Below are positions 1 to 12,800 of a DNA stretch of 64,000 nucleotides, one piece after another. Every line of letters begins with the position of its first letter. The stretch's first letter is position 1. The DNA is from Malacoraja senta (lineage: Eukaryota): assembly GCA_038087875.1 (NCBI GenBank), contig JAXLNO010000073.1, forward strand, positions 248,001-312,000. The letters run 5' to 3'. The notes under the pieces were generated by a model. That model saw only the letters and a list, made by a program, of their open reading frames with translations, was not told the DNA's origin and did not search any database. Made by a program: the position numbers and the translations under genes.

Positions 1-440
1 GAATGGAGATGAGGAAACACTTGTTCACATAGAGCGTTGTGAGTCTGTGGAATTATCTGCCTCAGAGGGCGGTGGAGGACGGTTCTCTGGATACTTGCAA
101 GAGAGAACTAGATAGGGCTCTTAAAGATAGCGGAGTCAGGGGATATGGGGAGAAGGCAGGAACGGGGTACTGATTGGAGGTGATCAGCCATGATCAAATT
201 GAATGGCGGTGCTGGCTTGATTGGCCGTATGGCCTACTCCTTCGCCTATTGTCTATTGTCTATTGTCTAATTACGAGGATGTTGCCTGGACTAGAGTGTG
301 TGAGGTACAGGGAGAGGATTTGTAGGCTGTGACTTTATTCCTTGGAGCGCGAGAGGATGAAGCGTGATCTTATAGAGGTGTTTAAAATCATGAGAGGAAT
401 AGATCGGGTAGATGCATTCTTGCCCAAAGTAGGTGAATCG
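1..440 (+). mobile_element. CR1/HER1-like LINE 3' fragments
   Basis: RT C-terminal-like sequence followed by the conserved 3' UTR (gatcagccatgatc...gaatggcggtgc) and a (ctattgt)n tail. The same sequence recurs many times in the window. Confidence 0.8.
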
Positions 441-444
441 AGGA

Positions 445-1095
445 TAGACACAAAATGTTGGAGTAACTCAGCGGGACAGGCAGCATCTCTGCAGAGAAGG
501 AATGGGTGACGTTTCGGGTCGAGACCCTTCCTCAGACTGTCAGGGGAAGGTTATGGTGTGAACATAGGACAAAGTGAATGGAGATCAAGGAAAATGTAGA
601 ATAGATTATTGTTAACTGGGAGAAAGCAAAAACCACCAAACAAACATAAATAAAAAGGAACTCGGAGACAGTAAGACTGGTGGGCGAACTGGGGAAGGGA
701 TGGAGAGAGAGGGAAAGCAAGGGTTTCTTGAAGTTAGTGAAGTCAATGTTCATACCGCTGGGGTGTAAGCTGCCCAAAGCGAAATATGAGGTGCTGTTCC
801 TCCAATTTGCGCTCGGCCTCACTCAGACAGTGGAGGAGGCTCAGGACAGAAAGGTCACTGTGGGAATGTGAGGGGGAGTTAAAGTGTTTGGCAACCGGGA
901 GATCAGGTAGGTTTAGTCCGGGTGAGTGAAGGTGTTCAGCGAAACGATCGCCGAGCCTGCGCTTGGACTCGCCGATGTTTCAGAGTCCACACCTGGAACA
1001 GCGGATACAGTAGGTGAGGTTGCAGGAGGAGGAAAGGACGCTCTATCTTCACCGGCACCTCCTCCAAGCTCATCTACTGCATCCGCTGTTCTTTG
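445..1095 (-). mobile_element. Penelope-like element fragment (GIY-YIG C-terminus plus terminal repeat with hammerhead-like motif)
   Basis: Minus strand is similar to the GIY-YIG segment at 20738-20985. Motif CTGAGGA-A-GGGTCTCGACCC-GAAACGTC at ~504-539. Copies at ~9560-10210 and ~18000-18650. Confidence 0.75.
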
Positions 1096-1299
1096 CTTGT
1101 CACCAAGTAATATCTCTACCTCCGGAGGTTTGATATAGTAATTGGCAAGACTCTTGATTTAAAATATAATAAACGCGAATTAACTTATCTTACTAAGAAG
1201 TCGAATACATTCGGCAAATAACTATTGCGGAAGCGAAGATAATGTATCTGAGTGATTATCATTTGTCAATAAATATGCAATTAATATAAATAACTTTCC

Positions 1300-1575
1300 G
1301 ATCTCGACTACGAGTGCTTGACTGTACGGAGTTGGTACGTTCTCCACGGTGACCACGTGGGTTTTCTCCGGCAGCTCCGGTTTCTAAACACACTCCAAAG
1401 ACGGACAGGTTGGCTTGGTATCAATGTAGAATTGACCCTAGTGTGCGTAGGATTGTGTTAATTTCCTGGGTCGCTGGTCTGTGCGGACTCGGTGGGCCGA
1501 AGGGCCTGGTTCCCCGCTGTATCTCAAAACTAAACTATACTAAACTGAACTAAACTAAACTAAACTAAACTAATA
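1300..1575 (+). mobile_element. tRNA-derived V-SINE (HE1-like), 5'-truncated, antisense in the GPCR 3' region
   Basis: Central domain gtacgttctcc...gggttttctccgg...ctccggttt, 3' end gggccgaagggcctg, (ctaaa)n tail. Confidence 0.8.
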
Positions 1576-1583
1576 TCCAAGAG

Positions 1584-2482
1584 TCATTCACGCTGTTTAA
1601 ACATTTGAGCAATTAGGACCAGTGGGCATTTCATCAGGTTTTTCATCTCATTCCTGAATTTGGTCTGGATTATGGTATAAATAAATGTGTTTGTGCAGCA
1701 GCTGAGGAGAACCAACATGTATCCAGCCTCTTGGACAATGTACACAGGGTCGCTGTTACTCGTCTGGTCGTAATCGTTTGCAACTCGAATGTAGAGGTAA
1801 TGCGCTGCAGAGGTCGCCCACAAGAGGACGAAACTGCCGGATATGGTCAGAAGTAAGACGATAGATTTCTTCCGGTTCTCTGTCTCGCGGTCACTCTCGG
1901 CTTTGGAACGGAGGGCTTTGCGGATCCTGTCGGCCACCAAAATATGCTTCACTGTCAGCGCGTTGAAGAGGGAAATTAAAATCAGCGGCACAAACAGAGT
2001 TAGGGTGTGGTTGAGAAATGAAAAGGCGCCCCACTGTTTTGAAGAGTAATAATTGGAGATGAAAATGCAATACCACGGCGTGTCGTCTACAATATACACG
2101 GGTTTAAATGCAAAGTACCAAGGGATGTTTCGGATACAGCTCAGAACACACACGATCCAAATAACCGACCCCGCCGTCTCCTTCCTGCAGTACTTGCTTC
2201 TCATGTTCTGCAAGCAGATGGCTACAAAGCGGTCGAAAGTGAAGGCGACTGTTAACCAAATAGAACTGTCCTTGGCGGCATAAATTATGACCGTTTTGAG
2301 GCTGCACAGCGGAGTGACGGAGAGGAAGCTGGCGGGGAAATATACTCCGATTATCCGGCTCAGGACAACGCTGGTGAGAACGACCAGCAGATCCGCTGCT
2401 GACATCGACAGCAGGTAACGGGTGATACAGGCGGAGAGACCGCACTTTCCTCGGGACAGGACCGCAATTGCCATCGCGTTCA
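1584..2482 (-). CDS. GPR139-like class A GPCR, main coding exon (exon 2), copy A, open reading frame
   Basis: ~299 codons with TM1(end) to TM7: LSRGKCGLS, FTFDRFVAIC, NALTVKHILVA, ENRKKSIVLL, CTNTFIY. Preceded by a branch point/pyrimidine tract/AG acceptor (ttaac...ctcttcctccctccag|TG AAC, phase 1). The ORF-track GTG start is not real. No cognate exon 1 seen in 2760-8900. Confidence 0.85.
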
Positions 2483-2510
2483 CTGGAGGGAGGAAGAGCA
2501 GCGGTTAACA

Positions 2511-2759
2511 GGGGCGGCAGGAAGGCGCAGAGGGAGAGTTGCTGCCTCACATCGCAAGAGACCCGGATTCGATTCAGACCACGGGCGCTTGTCTGCACGG
2601 AGTTTGTACGTTCTCCCCGTGAACTGCGTGGGGTTTCTCCGGGATCTCCGGTTTCCTCCCACTCTCCAAAGACGTACTGTTTGTGTCTGGTGTAGAGTTA
2701 ATATGCGGGGATCGCTGATCAGCGCGGAATCGGTGGCCGAAGGTCCTGTGTCCGCGCTG
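2511..2759 (+). mobile_element. V-SINE (HE1-like), 3'-truncated at the duplication breakpoint
   Basis: tRNA-like head with B-box (gattcgattc) and central domain. The copy at 11491-11775 continues into the (ctaaa)n tail. Confidence 0.8.
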
Positions 2760-3744
2760 ACATCGCACATAGGTACACATCAAAAATAAACAAGCAATAA
2801 TAGTGCAAATATTGCAATATATATATTTATGCGCAAATGTGAGAGTATGCATATATATATACACAAACTGAATCTTTTTCTCGTTTATTATGTTGTATAC
2901 ACTGTACTCTGTTTCCATATTCTGGTGTGCTGCCGCAAGTACGAATTTCATTGTTCTAACTTTAATAAAACTATCTTGACTGGAGAAAATAACTATATCT
3001 CGATAGCCTTTATGCTGTAATATTCCTCCATTGTAAGTAATAGAAGACGAAATTACACGAAATATGGCGAAAGCCCAACAAAGCTGAACAACAGAGAGAC
3101 ACAAAATGCTGGAATTACTCAGCGGGTCAGGCAGCAGAAATTGCTGGTCTAACACAACTGAAACATTGTGGGTGAATTTGCAAATTACGTTTTCCATCCA
3201 GTTATTGATTCCATTGTATTACTCTTATCTATACGCAAGAAAATACAGCGAATTGTGGAAGCAGACCAGACCATCACGCAAACAAAACTCCCCCATCCAT
3301 TGACTCAATTTATACCTCGCCCTGCCTCAACCTGCCACCACCCTGCAACTCCGTCTTCTCCCCTCTCCCATCGGGCGAAATGTAGAGAAGTGTGAAAACG
3401 CACACCTCCAGATTCAGGGACAGTTTCTTCCCAGCTGTAATCAGGCAACTGAACCGCCTTTCCACAACCAGAGAGAAATACTGAACTACTATCTACCTCA
3501 ATGTTGATCCTCAGACTATCCTTGATCGGACTTTGTTGGCTTTATCTTGCGCCAAATGTTATTCCCTTATCATGTGGACTCTCTGTGGACACACTGTGGA
3601 CGACTCGGTTGTAATCATATATCGTATTTCCCCTGACTGGTTAGCACGCAACAAAGGGTTTCCTTTCACTATACGGGCCATTGTTACAACCGATGGAAAC
3701 GGCTGGGTTATTTTATGAAGATAATATTGCACACAGCGTGCAAA

Positions 3745-5050
3745 AAATTGAATTTAGAAGGTTGAGAGGGGATCTTATTGAAACATTTAAAATTCTTAAG
3801 GGATTGCACACGCTAGATGCAGGAAAAATGTTCCCCATGTTGGGCAAGTCCAGAACCAGGGGGTCACAGTTGAAGAATAAGGGGTAGGCCATTTAGGAGT
3901 GAGATGAGGACAGACCTTTTCATCCAGAGAGTTGTAAATCTGTGGAATTCTCTGCCACAGAAGGTAATGGAGGCCGATTCGCTGGATGTTTTCAAGCGAG
4001 AATTAGATATAATTCTTCGGGCTAAAGGAATCAAGGGATATGGGGAGAAAGCAGGAACACGGTACTGATTCTGAATTATCAGCCATGATCATATTGAATG
4101 GCAGTACTGGCTCGAGGGGCCGAATGGTCCACACCTGCGCCGATTTTCTACGCTTCTATGTTTCTATGTTTCTAAAAAGAGCACAAATGTCGAATTTCTA
4201 GGCTACGTCATCATCACAAAATATTTAATTTACTCGAGCAAATCACAAATCTTGACAAGAATAGATTGGGGAAAAACACAGAGTCTCTTGCCCAGAGTCG
4301 AGGAATCGAGAACCTGAGGACATTGGTTTAGGATGAAGAGGGAAATATATAATATGAACATGAGGGGTAGCTTTTCCACACAAATGGTGGTGGGTCCATA
4401 GAACCAGCAGCCAGATGAGGTAATTGAGGCAGGGACTATCTCAACGTTTAAGAAACACTTGGACAGGTACATGGATTGGACAGGTTTGGAGAGATATGGA
4501 CCAAGCGCAGGTAGGTGGGATTAGTGTAGATGGGGCATGTTGGTCGGTGTGGGCAAGTTGAGCTGAAGTGGCTGTTTCTGCGCTGTATCATAGAGTCACA
4601 GAGTAATACAGCGTAGAACAGGCTATTCGGCCCAACTTGCCCACACCGACTAACATGTCCCAGCTACACTAGTCTCACCTACCCGCGTTTGGTCTATATA
4701 CCTCCAAACCTGTCCTATCCATGTAACTATCTAACTTTCTTAAACTTTGGGATAGTCCCTGCCTCACCTACCTCCTCTGGCAGCTTGTTCCATACACCCA
4801 ACACCCTTTGTATGAAAAGTTACCTCTCAGATTCCTATTAAATCTTTTCCCCTTCACCTTGTGCTCTGGTCCTCGATTCCCCTACTCTGGGCCAGAGACT
4901 CTGTGCATCTATCCCATCTATTCCTCTCGTGATTTTATATACCTCTAGAAGATCTCCCCTGATCCCCCTGCGCTGCAAGGAATAGAGAACCAGCCTACTG
5001 AACCTCTCCCTATAGCTCAGATCCTTAGTCCTGGCAACATCCACGTAATT
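3745..5050. mobile_element. Cluster of CR1-like LINE 3' fragments in both orientations
   Basis: Translations such as EFRRLRGDLIETFKILKGL...GKSRTRG and CR1 3' UTRs with short tandem tails. Confidence 0.8.
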
Positions 5051-5294
5051 CACTCTATAATTCCGCGGGTCAGGCATCATACGTGATGGGAATGGCGAGG
5101 CGATGTTTCAGGTAGTGACGCTTCTTCAGACTCTTAAGTTATTTTGCTTACTCTTTCCACTCGCAATACCTGTCACGGTCACGGCGGCACTCGGTGACGT
5201 GACAAAGGTCTTTGGAAATTGTGCAGAAACCGTTTTAGTTGGGTAGAACCTATATGTCTAGAACGTGAAAGGGCGGGTACTGTATGGTGATGTT

Positions 5295-5830
5295 GCAGAT
5301 AGACACAAAATGCTGGAATAACTCAGCCGGTCCGACAGCATCTCTGGAGAAAAGGAATAGGTCACGCTTCGGGTCGAAACCCTTCTTGAGACTGAGCGTC
5401 AGGGGTGAGGGAAACGAGAGGTATAGACGGTGGTAATGAGAGATACAGAACAGATGAATGAAAGATCCGCATAAAAAGTTACGATGATAAAGGAAACAGG
5501 CCATTGTTAGCTGTGGACTTGGTGAAAACGAGTTACAATGAGACTAAACAAGACAACTTTGACACTAGTACAACGACTCGGGTTGGGGAGGAATGGAGAG
5601 AGAGGGGATGCAAGGGTTTCTTGTATATCTGAAGTTAGAGAAATCAATATTCATTCAGCCGGGTTTTAAGATGCCCAAGCAAAATATGAAGTGCTGTTCC
5701 ACCATTTTGCGTTGGGCCCCACTTTGAACAAATGGAGGAACAGGACAGAAAGGTCTTCGTGGGGAAGGGAGAGGGAGTTAAAGTGTTTGGCAACTGGGAG
5801 ATCAGGTAGGTCCAGGTGGACGGAGCGTGG
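5295..5830 (-). mobile_element. Penelope-like fragment
   Basis: Same family as 445-1095, with a degenerate hammerhead-like motif at ~5360-5393. Confidence 0.65.
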
Positions 5831-6104
5831 CTGTTCAAGCCGAATGAACTAAACGTGATAATTTCGAATCGTAGATGAATGATGGAGGCGAGTGTACAGT
5901 TAAGGCCTGGTTATAAGACTCTTACTTAGGAATCCACACTCTTTGGAATAAAGTGTCAAACTTGTAGCACCAGCAATATTGTAAAGCAGCCGGATAAGAG
6001 ATTGATAACAGCAGGTTGTCACCAGCGAATGTTGGTCCATGTTTCGTCGCGTTTTGCATCTGTTGTGTATTAAAAACGGCTTTTGTGCTACACCCGATTC
6101 AGTT

Positions 6105-6715
6105 AAGTCACAGAATCATAGAGTGATACAGCGTGGGAACAGGACCTTCGACCCAACTTGCCCACACTGGCCAACATATCCCAGCTACACTAGCCCCACC
6201 TGACCGCATTTGGCCCCTGTCCAACTGTTTCTTAAATGTTGGTATACTCCCTGCCTCAACTATCTCCTCTGGCAGCTCGTTCCATACATCCACCACCCTC
6301 TATGTGAAAAAGTTACTCCTCAGATTCCTATTAAATCTTTTCCCCTTCACCTTAAACCTATAACTTCTGGTCCTCGATTCCCCTACTCTGGGTAAGAGAC
6401 TGTGTATCTACCCGATCTATTCCTCTCATGATTTTATACACCTCTATAAGATTCCCCCTCATCCTCCTGCGCTCCGAGGAATGGAATCCCAGCCTGCCCA
6501 ACCTCTCCCTGTAGTTCAGTCCCTCTAGACCTCGTAAATCTTCTCTGCATCCTTTCCAGCTTGACAAGATATTTCCTCTAACATGGTGCGCTGAACTAAG
6601 ACAATCATCCTAACGCGGCCTCACCAACGTCTTTTACAAATGCAACATGACCTCCTAACTTCTGTACACAATATTCTAACTGATGATGGCCAATGTACCA
6701 AATGCCTTTTTGACC
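6105..6715 (-). mobile_element. CR1-like LINE 3' fragment
   Basis: ERRRMRGNLIEVYKIMRGIDRVD and VWNELPEEIVEAG motifs on the minus strand. Confidence 0.8.
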
Positions 6716-9700
6716 ACAATTGCAGGTAGTTTTAAAGATATGCGGAAATAATATTAAATAGTAAAATGTATTAGGACTGGAGACATCAATAATACGTTAG
6801 TTTCATGCAATCGGTCGCGCCAAATATGTTTACTCACTGCACCAAATATTAATGCCAGTCTTATTTGACATTTTTAACAGACGGCGAATCGTGAACGAAA
6901 GAGTGGCTTGAAGTGAGTGCCTTCTCCAAACGATCTTAACATGATTTCTCCGTTTTACCCTTTGTAAGCAGCGTGTGTGGATGTATGTGTCTCCACGTCC
7001 ACTCTATCCAAGCCTTTCACCATTAGTTCAATACAAGAAATTAGTTGGTGTAAAGACGGCTGGAGTCTGAGGATTATTTTGCTCATTTCACTGATTGCGG
7101 AGGAGGGGCGAAGAAATCAGTACATGTTTCACTCTTTCCCTGGTCGTGGGTGTCAGGCGGTGAAGAATTGAACTGAATTGCGAGCGGGAAGCTAACGTTG
7201 GAGATTCAGAGATATCCTGACTCAGGGAAATAGCAAATTAGAGGAAACTTGGCCAGGACTAAAGAAGACTGGATGAATCGATTCACGCGGCTGCTATTGG
7301 TATTTTTACGGGAGGATCCGGGCTCATAAATTGCCCCAATTTCCCGGCTCCAATACACTCAGTAGACTCGTGCATGACTTTGTGTGTCAGGATTAAACCG
7401 GAGCTCACAGGCTCTGCCCGAGCCAATTTCATTGCACCTTTTTGGGGGGGTTAGGACCGTGCTCGAGGTGTCGATTGAAAAAGACCACGCGGTGCCCGTG
7501 TTCCGGGACCGCTGGGCATCGCGGGGGATTGACTCAATCCTGGATCAGGATTGTAATATAGGTAAATGATATTTAGTAATAATAATACCTGGGAATGTTA
7601 TACTATGGCAGCAAATGTTTAGTTATTGTTTGTAGTGTAAATATTATTGGAAACATAGAAACGTAGAAAATATGTGCAGGGGAAGGCCGTTCGGCCCTTC
7701 TATCCTTCAAAATGATCATGGGTGATGATTCAAACTCAGTACACCGACCCTGCTTTCTCCCCATATCCCTTGATTTCGTTAGCCCAAAGAGCTAAACCTA
7801 ACTCTCTCCTGAATTTATCCAGTGAATTGGTCTCAACTGCCTTCTGTGGAAGAGAATTCCACAGATTCACAATTCTCTGGGTGAAAGTTTCCTCATCTAA
7901 TTCTTAAATGGCCGACCCCTGATTTATAAACTGTGAGTCCTGGGTCTGGACCGCCAACATGAAGAACATTTTTGCTGCATCCAGCCTGTCCAATCCCTTA
8001 AGAATGTTATATGTTTCTATAAGTTCCACTCTCATCCTTCTAAATTCCAGTGAATACTGTAAATAATTGTTTTTGCAAATATTCATAAATAATTAAATAA
8101 ATGTAACCTTGTAAAGTAAAAAAAACATGCCACGTTTAACCGGAAGCTGTCCGGACTTAAATAGAAAATGTATATTGAGCGTCGTAATCGCATCATATAA
8201 TATTTTGCAGAATGCGCTGATCCATCAGTGAAATAACTGGCAAAAATGGAGGAACAGCTTCTCATATTTCGCTTGGGCAACTTACGGCCCCTGGTATCAA
8301 TATTGATTACTCTCTCTTCAGGTAGCCCCGGGATTCCCCCTCTCTCCGTCCTTACCCCACGCAAGTCGCACCAGCTTCTCGTTGCATATTCTTTTTTGCA
8401 TATCTTTCGTTCATTGTTCTTTATCTCTCTACACCATTGTCTATATCTCTTGTTTCCCCTTCTTCCTAACCTGACTGAAGAAGGGTCTCAACCCGAAACA
8501 TCACCTATCCCTTCGCTCCATAGATGCTGCCTGTCCCACTGAGTTACTCTGCGATTTGTGTCTATGTTACGACCATGTATTTGCTGTTGTCAAATAATTG
8601 TCTCGACCCGAACCGTCAGCCATTCATTGTCTCCAGAGATGCTGCCTGCCCCGCTATGTTACTCCAGCTATTTGTGTCTATTTTACGGCCATGTCTTTGC
8701 TGTTGTCAAATAATCTCGCCTTGGGACAGAACTAATTAGGCTACATCTTCAGCTAAAATTAGAACACTATGTTTTCCCGTGAATGAAATTAGTTAATGTA
8801 ACGTCGGCTGGAATCTGAGGATTGTCCAGTTCATTTCGCCGGTGAGAAAAGACCAGCGCGTGTCCATTATCTGCTCCTCTGTTTCACTGATCGAGTGCGT
8901 CAGCCGTGCAGAATGGCGAGCGGGAAGATCATGTGGTATATTCAGGTTGTGTAGGAAGGAACTGCAGATGCTGGTTTAAACGGAAGATAGACACAAATGC
9001 TAGAACCAATATATATCTCTACCCCCACACCACCCCCCCCAAAGGCGTGTTGCAATCACGGGCAATTAGAGAAATGGTACAGACAAGATATAAAAATAAG
9101 GGATAAGCCGTTCAGAATGGAGATGAGGAAACACTTGTTCACATAGAGCGTTGTGAGTCTGTGGAATTATCTGCCTCAGAGGGCGGTGGAGGACGGTTCT
9201 CTGGATACTTGCAAGAGAGAACTAGATAGGGCTCTTAAAGATAGCGGAGTCAGGGGATATGGGGAGAAGGCAGGAACGGGGTACTGATTGGAGGTGATCA
9301 GCCATGATCAAATTGAATGGCGGTGCTGGCTTGATTGGCCGTATGGCCTACTCCTTCGCCTATTGTCTATTGTCTATTGTCTAATTACGAGGATGTTGCC
9401 TGGACTAGAGTGTGTGAGGTACAGGGAGAGGATTTGTAGGCTGTGACTTTATTCCTTGGAGCGCGAGAGGATGAAGCGTGATCTTATAGAGGTGTTTAAA
9501 ATCATGAGAGGAATAGATCGGGTAGATGCATTCTTGCCCAAAGTAGGTGAATCGAGGATAGACACAAAATGTTGGAGTAACTCAGCGGGACAGGCAGCAT
9601 CTCTGCAGAGAAGGAATGGGTGACGTTTCGGGTCGAGACCCTTCCTCAGACTGTCAGGGGAAGGTTATGGTGTGAACATAGGACAAAGTGAATGGAGATC

Positions 9701-10697
9701 AAGGAAAATGTAGAATAGATTATTGTTAACTGGGAGAAAGCAAAAACCACCAAACAAACATAAATAAAAAGGAACTCGGAGACAGTAAGACTGGTGGGCG
9801 AACTGGGGAAGGGATGGAGAGAGAGGGAAAGCAAGGGTTTCTTGAAGTTAGTGAAGTCAATGTTCATACCGCTGGGGTGTAAGCTGCCCAAAGCGAAATA
9901 TGAGGTGCTGTTCCTCCAATTTGCGCTCGGCCTCACTCAGACAGTGGAGGAGGCTCAGGACAGAAAGGTCACTGTGGGAATGTGAGGGGGAGTTAAAGTG
10001 TTTGGCAACCGGGAGATCAGGTAGGTTTAGTCCGGGTGAGTGAAGGTGTTCAGCGAAACGATCGCCGAGCCTGCGCTTGGACTCGCCGATGTTTCAGAGT
10101 CCACACCTGGAACAGCGGATACAGTAGATGAGGTTGCAGGAGGAGGAAAGGACGCTCTATCTTCACCGGCACCTCCTCCAAGCTCATCTACTGCATCCGC
10201 TGTTCTTTGCTTGTCACCAAGTAATATCTCTACCTCCGGAGGTTTGATATAGTAATTGGCAAGACTCTTGATTTAAAATATAATAAACGCGAATTAACTT
10301 ATCTTACTAAGAAGTCGAATACATTCGGCAAATAACTATTGCGGAAGCGAAGATAATGTATCTGAGTGATTATCATTTGTCAATAAATATGCAATTAATA
10401 TAAATAACTTTCCGATCTCGACTACGAGTGCTTGACTGTACGGAGTTGGTACGTTCTCCACGGTGACCACGTGGGTTTTCTCCGGCAGCTCCGGTTTCTA
10501 AACACACTCCAAAGACGGACAGGTTGGCTTGGTATCAATGTAGAATTGACCCTAGTGTGCGTAGGATTGTGTTAATTTCCTGGGTCGCTGGTCTGTGCGG
10601 ACTCGGTGGGCCGAAGGGCCTGGTTCCCCGCTGTATCTCAAAACTAAACTATACTAAACTGAACTAAACTAAACTAAACTAAACTAATATCCAAGAG

Positions 10698-11462
10698 TCA
10701 TTCACGCTGTTTAAACATTTGAGCAATTAGGACCAGTGGGCATTTCATCAGGTTTTTCATCTCATTCCTGAATTTGGTCTGGATTATGGTATAAATAAAT
10801 GTGTTTGTGCAGCAGCTGAGGAGAACCAACATGTATCCAGCCTCTTGGACGATGTACACAGGGTCGCTGTTACTCGTCTGGTCGTAATCGTTTGCAACTC
10901 GAATGTAGAGGTAATGCGCTGCAGAGGTCGCCCACAAGAGGACGAAACTGCCGGATATGGTCAGAAGTAAGACGATAGATTTCTTCCGGTTCTCTGTCTC
11001 GGGGTCACTCTCGGCTTTGGAACGGAGGGCTTTGCGGATCCTGTTGGCCACCAAAATATGCTTCACTGTCAGCGCGTTGAAGAGGGAAATTAAAATCAGC
11101 GGCACAAACAGAGTTAGGGTGTGGTTGAGAAATGAAAAGGCGCCCCACTGTTTTGAAGAGTAATAATTGGAGATGAAAATGCAATACCACGGCGTGTCGT
11201 CTACAATATACACGGGTTTAAATGCAAAGTACCAAGGGATGTTTCGGATACAGCTCAGAACACGGTTACTCAGTTCGGATACAGCACAGCGGAGTGACGG
11301 AGAGGAAGCTGGCGGGGAAATATACTCCGATTATCCGGCTCAGGACAACGCTGGTGAGAACGACCAGCAGATCCGCTGCTGACATCGACAGCAGGTAACG
11401 GGTGATACAGGCGGAGAGACCGCACTTTCCTCGGGACAGGACCGCAATTGCCATCGCGTTCA
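10698..11462 (-). pseudogene. GPR139-like exon 2, copy B, disrupted
   Basis: Nearly identical to copy A except that 154 bp (A 2150-2303, TM3 with the DRF motif and most of TM4) are replaced by 20 bp (11264-11283). Net -134 gives a frameshift and stop (PLCCIRTE*). Confidence 0.92.
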
Positions 11463-12596
11463 CTGGAGGGAGGAAGAGCAGCGGTTAACAGGGGCGGCAG
11501 GAAGGCTCAGAGGGAGAGTTGCTGCCTCACATCGCAAGAGACCCGGATTCGATTCAGACCACGGGCGCTTGTCTGCACGGAGTTTGTACGTTCTCCCCGT
11601 GAACTGCGTGGGGTTTCTCCGGGATCTCCGGTTTCCTCCCACTCTCCAAAGACGTACTGTTTGTGTCTGGTGTAGAGTTAATATGCGGGGATCGCTGATC
11701 AGCGCGGAATCGGTGGCCGAAGGTCCTGTGTCCGCGCTGTATTTCGCAAACTAAACTAAACTAAACTAAAACTAACTTGCTTTGGAAGGCAAGCGTTTGC
11801 ATTACTGATTAGGGTGACAGTTTGATTAGTGCATATTTAGCGGCCGTCTATGCAGGTGCAAACCGAAAATATACACTAACAGCTGGAGTAACTCAGCGGG
11901 TCAGACGGCATCTCTGGAAAAAGGGAATAGGTGACGTTTCGGGTCGAAACCCTTCTTCAGTTACTGACTTCAAGTAACACTTGCACCCCCCTCTCTCCGA
12001 CCCGCCCCCCCCCCCCCCCATCCAAGTCGTTGTACTAGTATCAAAGTTGTCTTGTTGAGTCTCATTTTCTGTAACTCGTTCTCACCCAACAAACAGCTAA
12101 CAATGGCCTGTTTCCTTTATCACCGTTGCTCTTGTTGCAGATCTTTCATTCATTTGTTCTATTTCTATGTCAAGCACAATTTATATCTATATCGCCATAT
12201 TTTTCTCTTGTTTTCCCTTTCCCCTCAAGTCCCAAGAAGGGTCTCAACCCCAAACGTCACCTATTCCTGTTCTCCAGAGATGCTGCCTGACCCGCTGAGT
12301 TACTCTAGCTTTGCGTGTAAGCTGCCCAAGCGAAATATGAGGTGCTGTTCCTCCAATTTGCGCTGGCCCACACACTGACAGTGGAGGTGGTCCAGGACAG
12401 AAAGGTCAATGTGAGAATGGTATGGGGAGTTAAAGTGTTCAGCAACCGGGAGATCGGTAGGTCAACTAAGCGATAGACGGTTCTACAACACACTCATTGG
12501 GCGTCACGGGTCCCTGTCACAGGCGGCTCTTTAATAAAATTACACCGTCCGAGAATGAGCTTCAACGATGAATAATCTTACAATATCATGTCTTAC

Positions 12597-12666
12597 CTGG
12601 GATTCCGACCGCAGCTAGAACCGGATAGAAAATTAAATATACCGGATTTGTTACTGGTTCATGCAT
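12597..12666 (-). CDS. GPR139-like exon 1 (MHEPVTNPVYLIFYPVLAAVGIP), intact
   Basis: 70 bp from ATG to a G|gtaaga donor. Phase 1 matches the exon-2 acceptor (G|TG AAC = V-N). Homologous to exon 1 at 47112-47181. Confidence 0.85.
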
Positions 12667-12724
12667 TTTTCCTGCCGAGTCGCCTTGAAAATAATCCCGT
12701 AGTTGCAATGCAAAGTAGTCGAGA

Positions 12725-12800
12725 TATTCTTAATATATACTGGAGAGAGATCCCTAGAAAATGGAATCGGTGAAACCAAAACAACTTAATTAATCCCACA
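12725..12800 (-). promoter_or_regulatory. Candidate core promoter of the GPCR exon 1 (TATA-like plus TAATTA)
   Basis: Minus-strand tatattaa ~65-70 bp upstream of the ATG and ttaattaa at ~12786-12793. A similar arrangement lies upstream of the exon at 47181. Confidence 0.3.

Larger units (their letters stand above)
1..2759. repeat. Recent segmental duplicate A (matches 9115-11739)
   Basis: Colinear with 9115-11739 at offset 9114 (8980 after the indel). I saw only about 5 substitutions by eye. Homology ends inside a SINE at tccgcgctg|a (2759). Confidence 0.95.

Noticed and set aside
1843..2598. Overlapping short ORFs on both strands of the GPCR exons (also at copies B and C)
   Set aside because: Shadow frames of the real exon, repeated only because of the duplication.
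7588..7650. Possible decayed exon 1 for GPCR copy A (PIIFTLQTI../FAAI..IP|gtatta on minus)
   Set aside because: Needs frameshifts, contains stops, has no ATG (a LINE tail abuts it) and the similarity is too weak.
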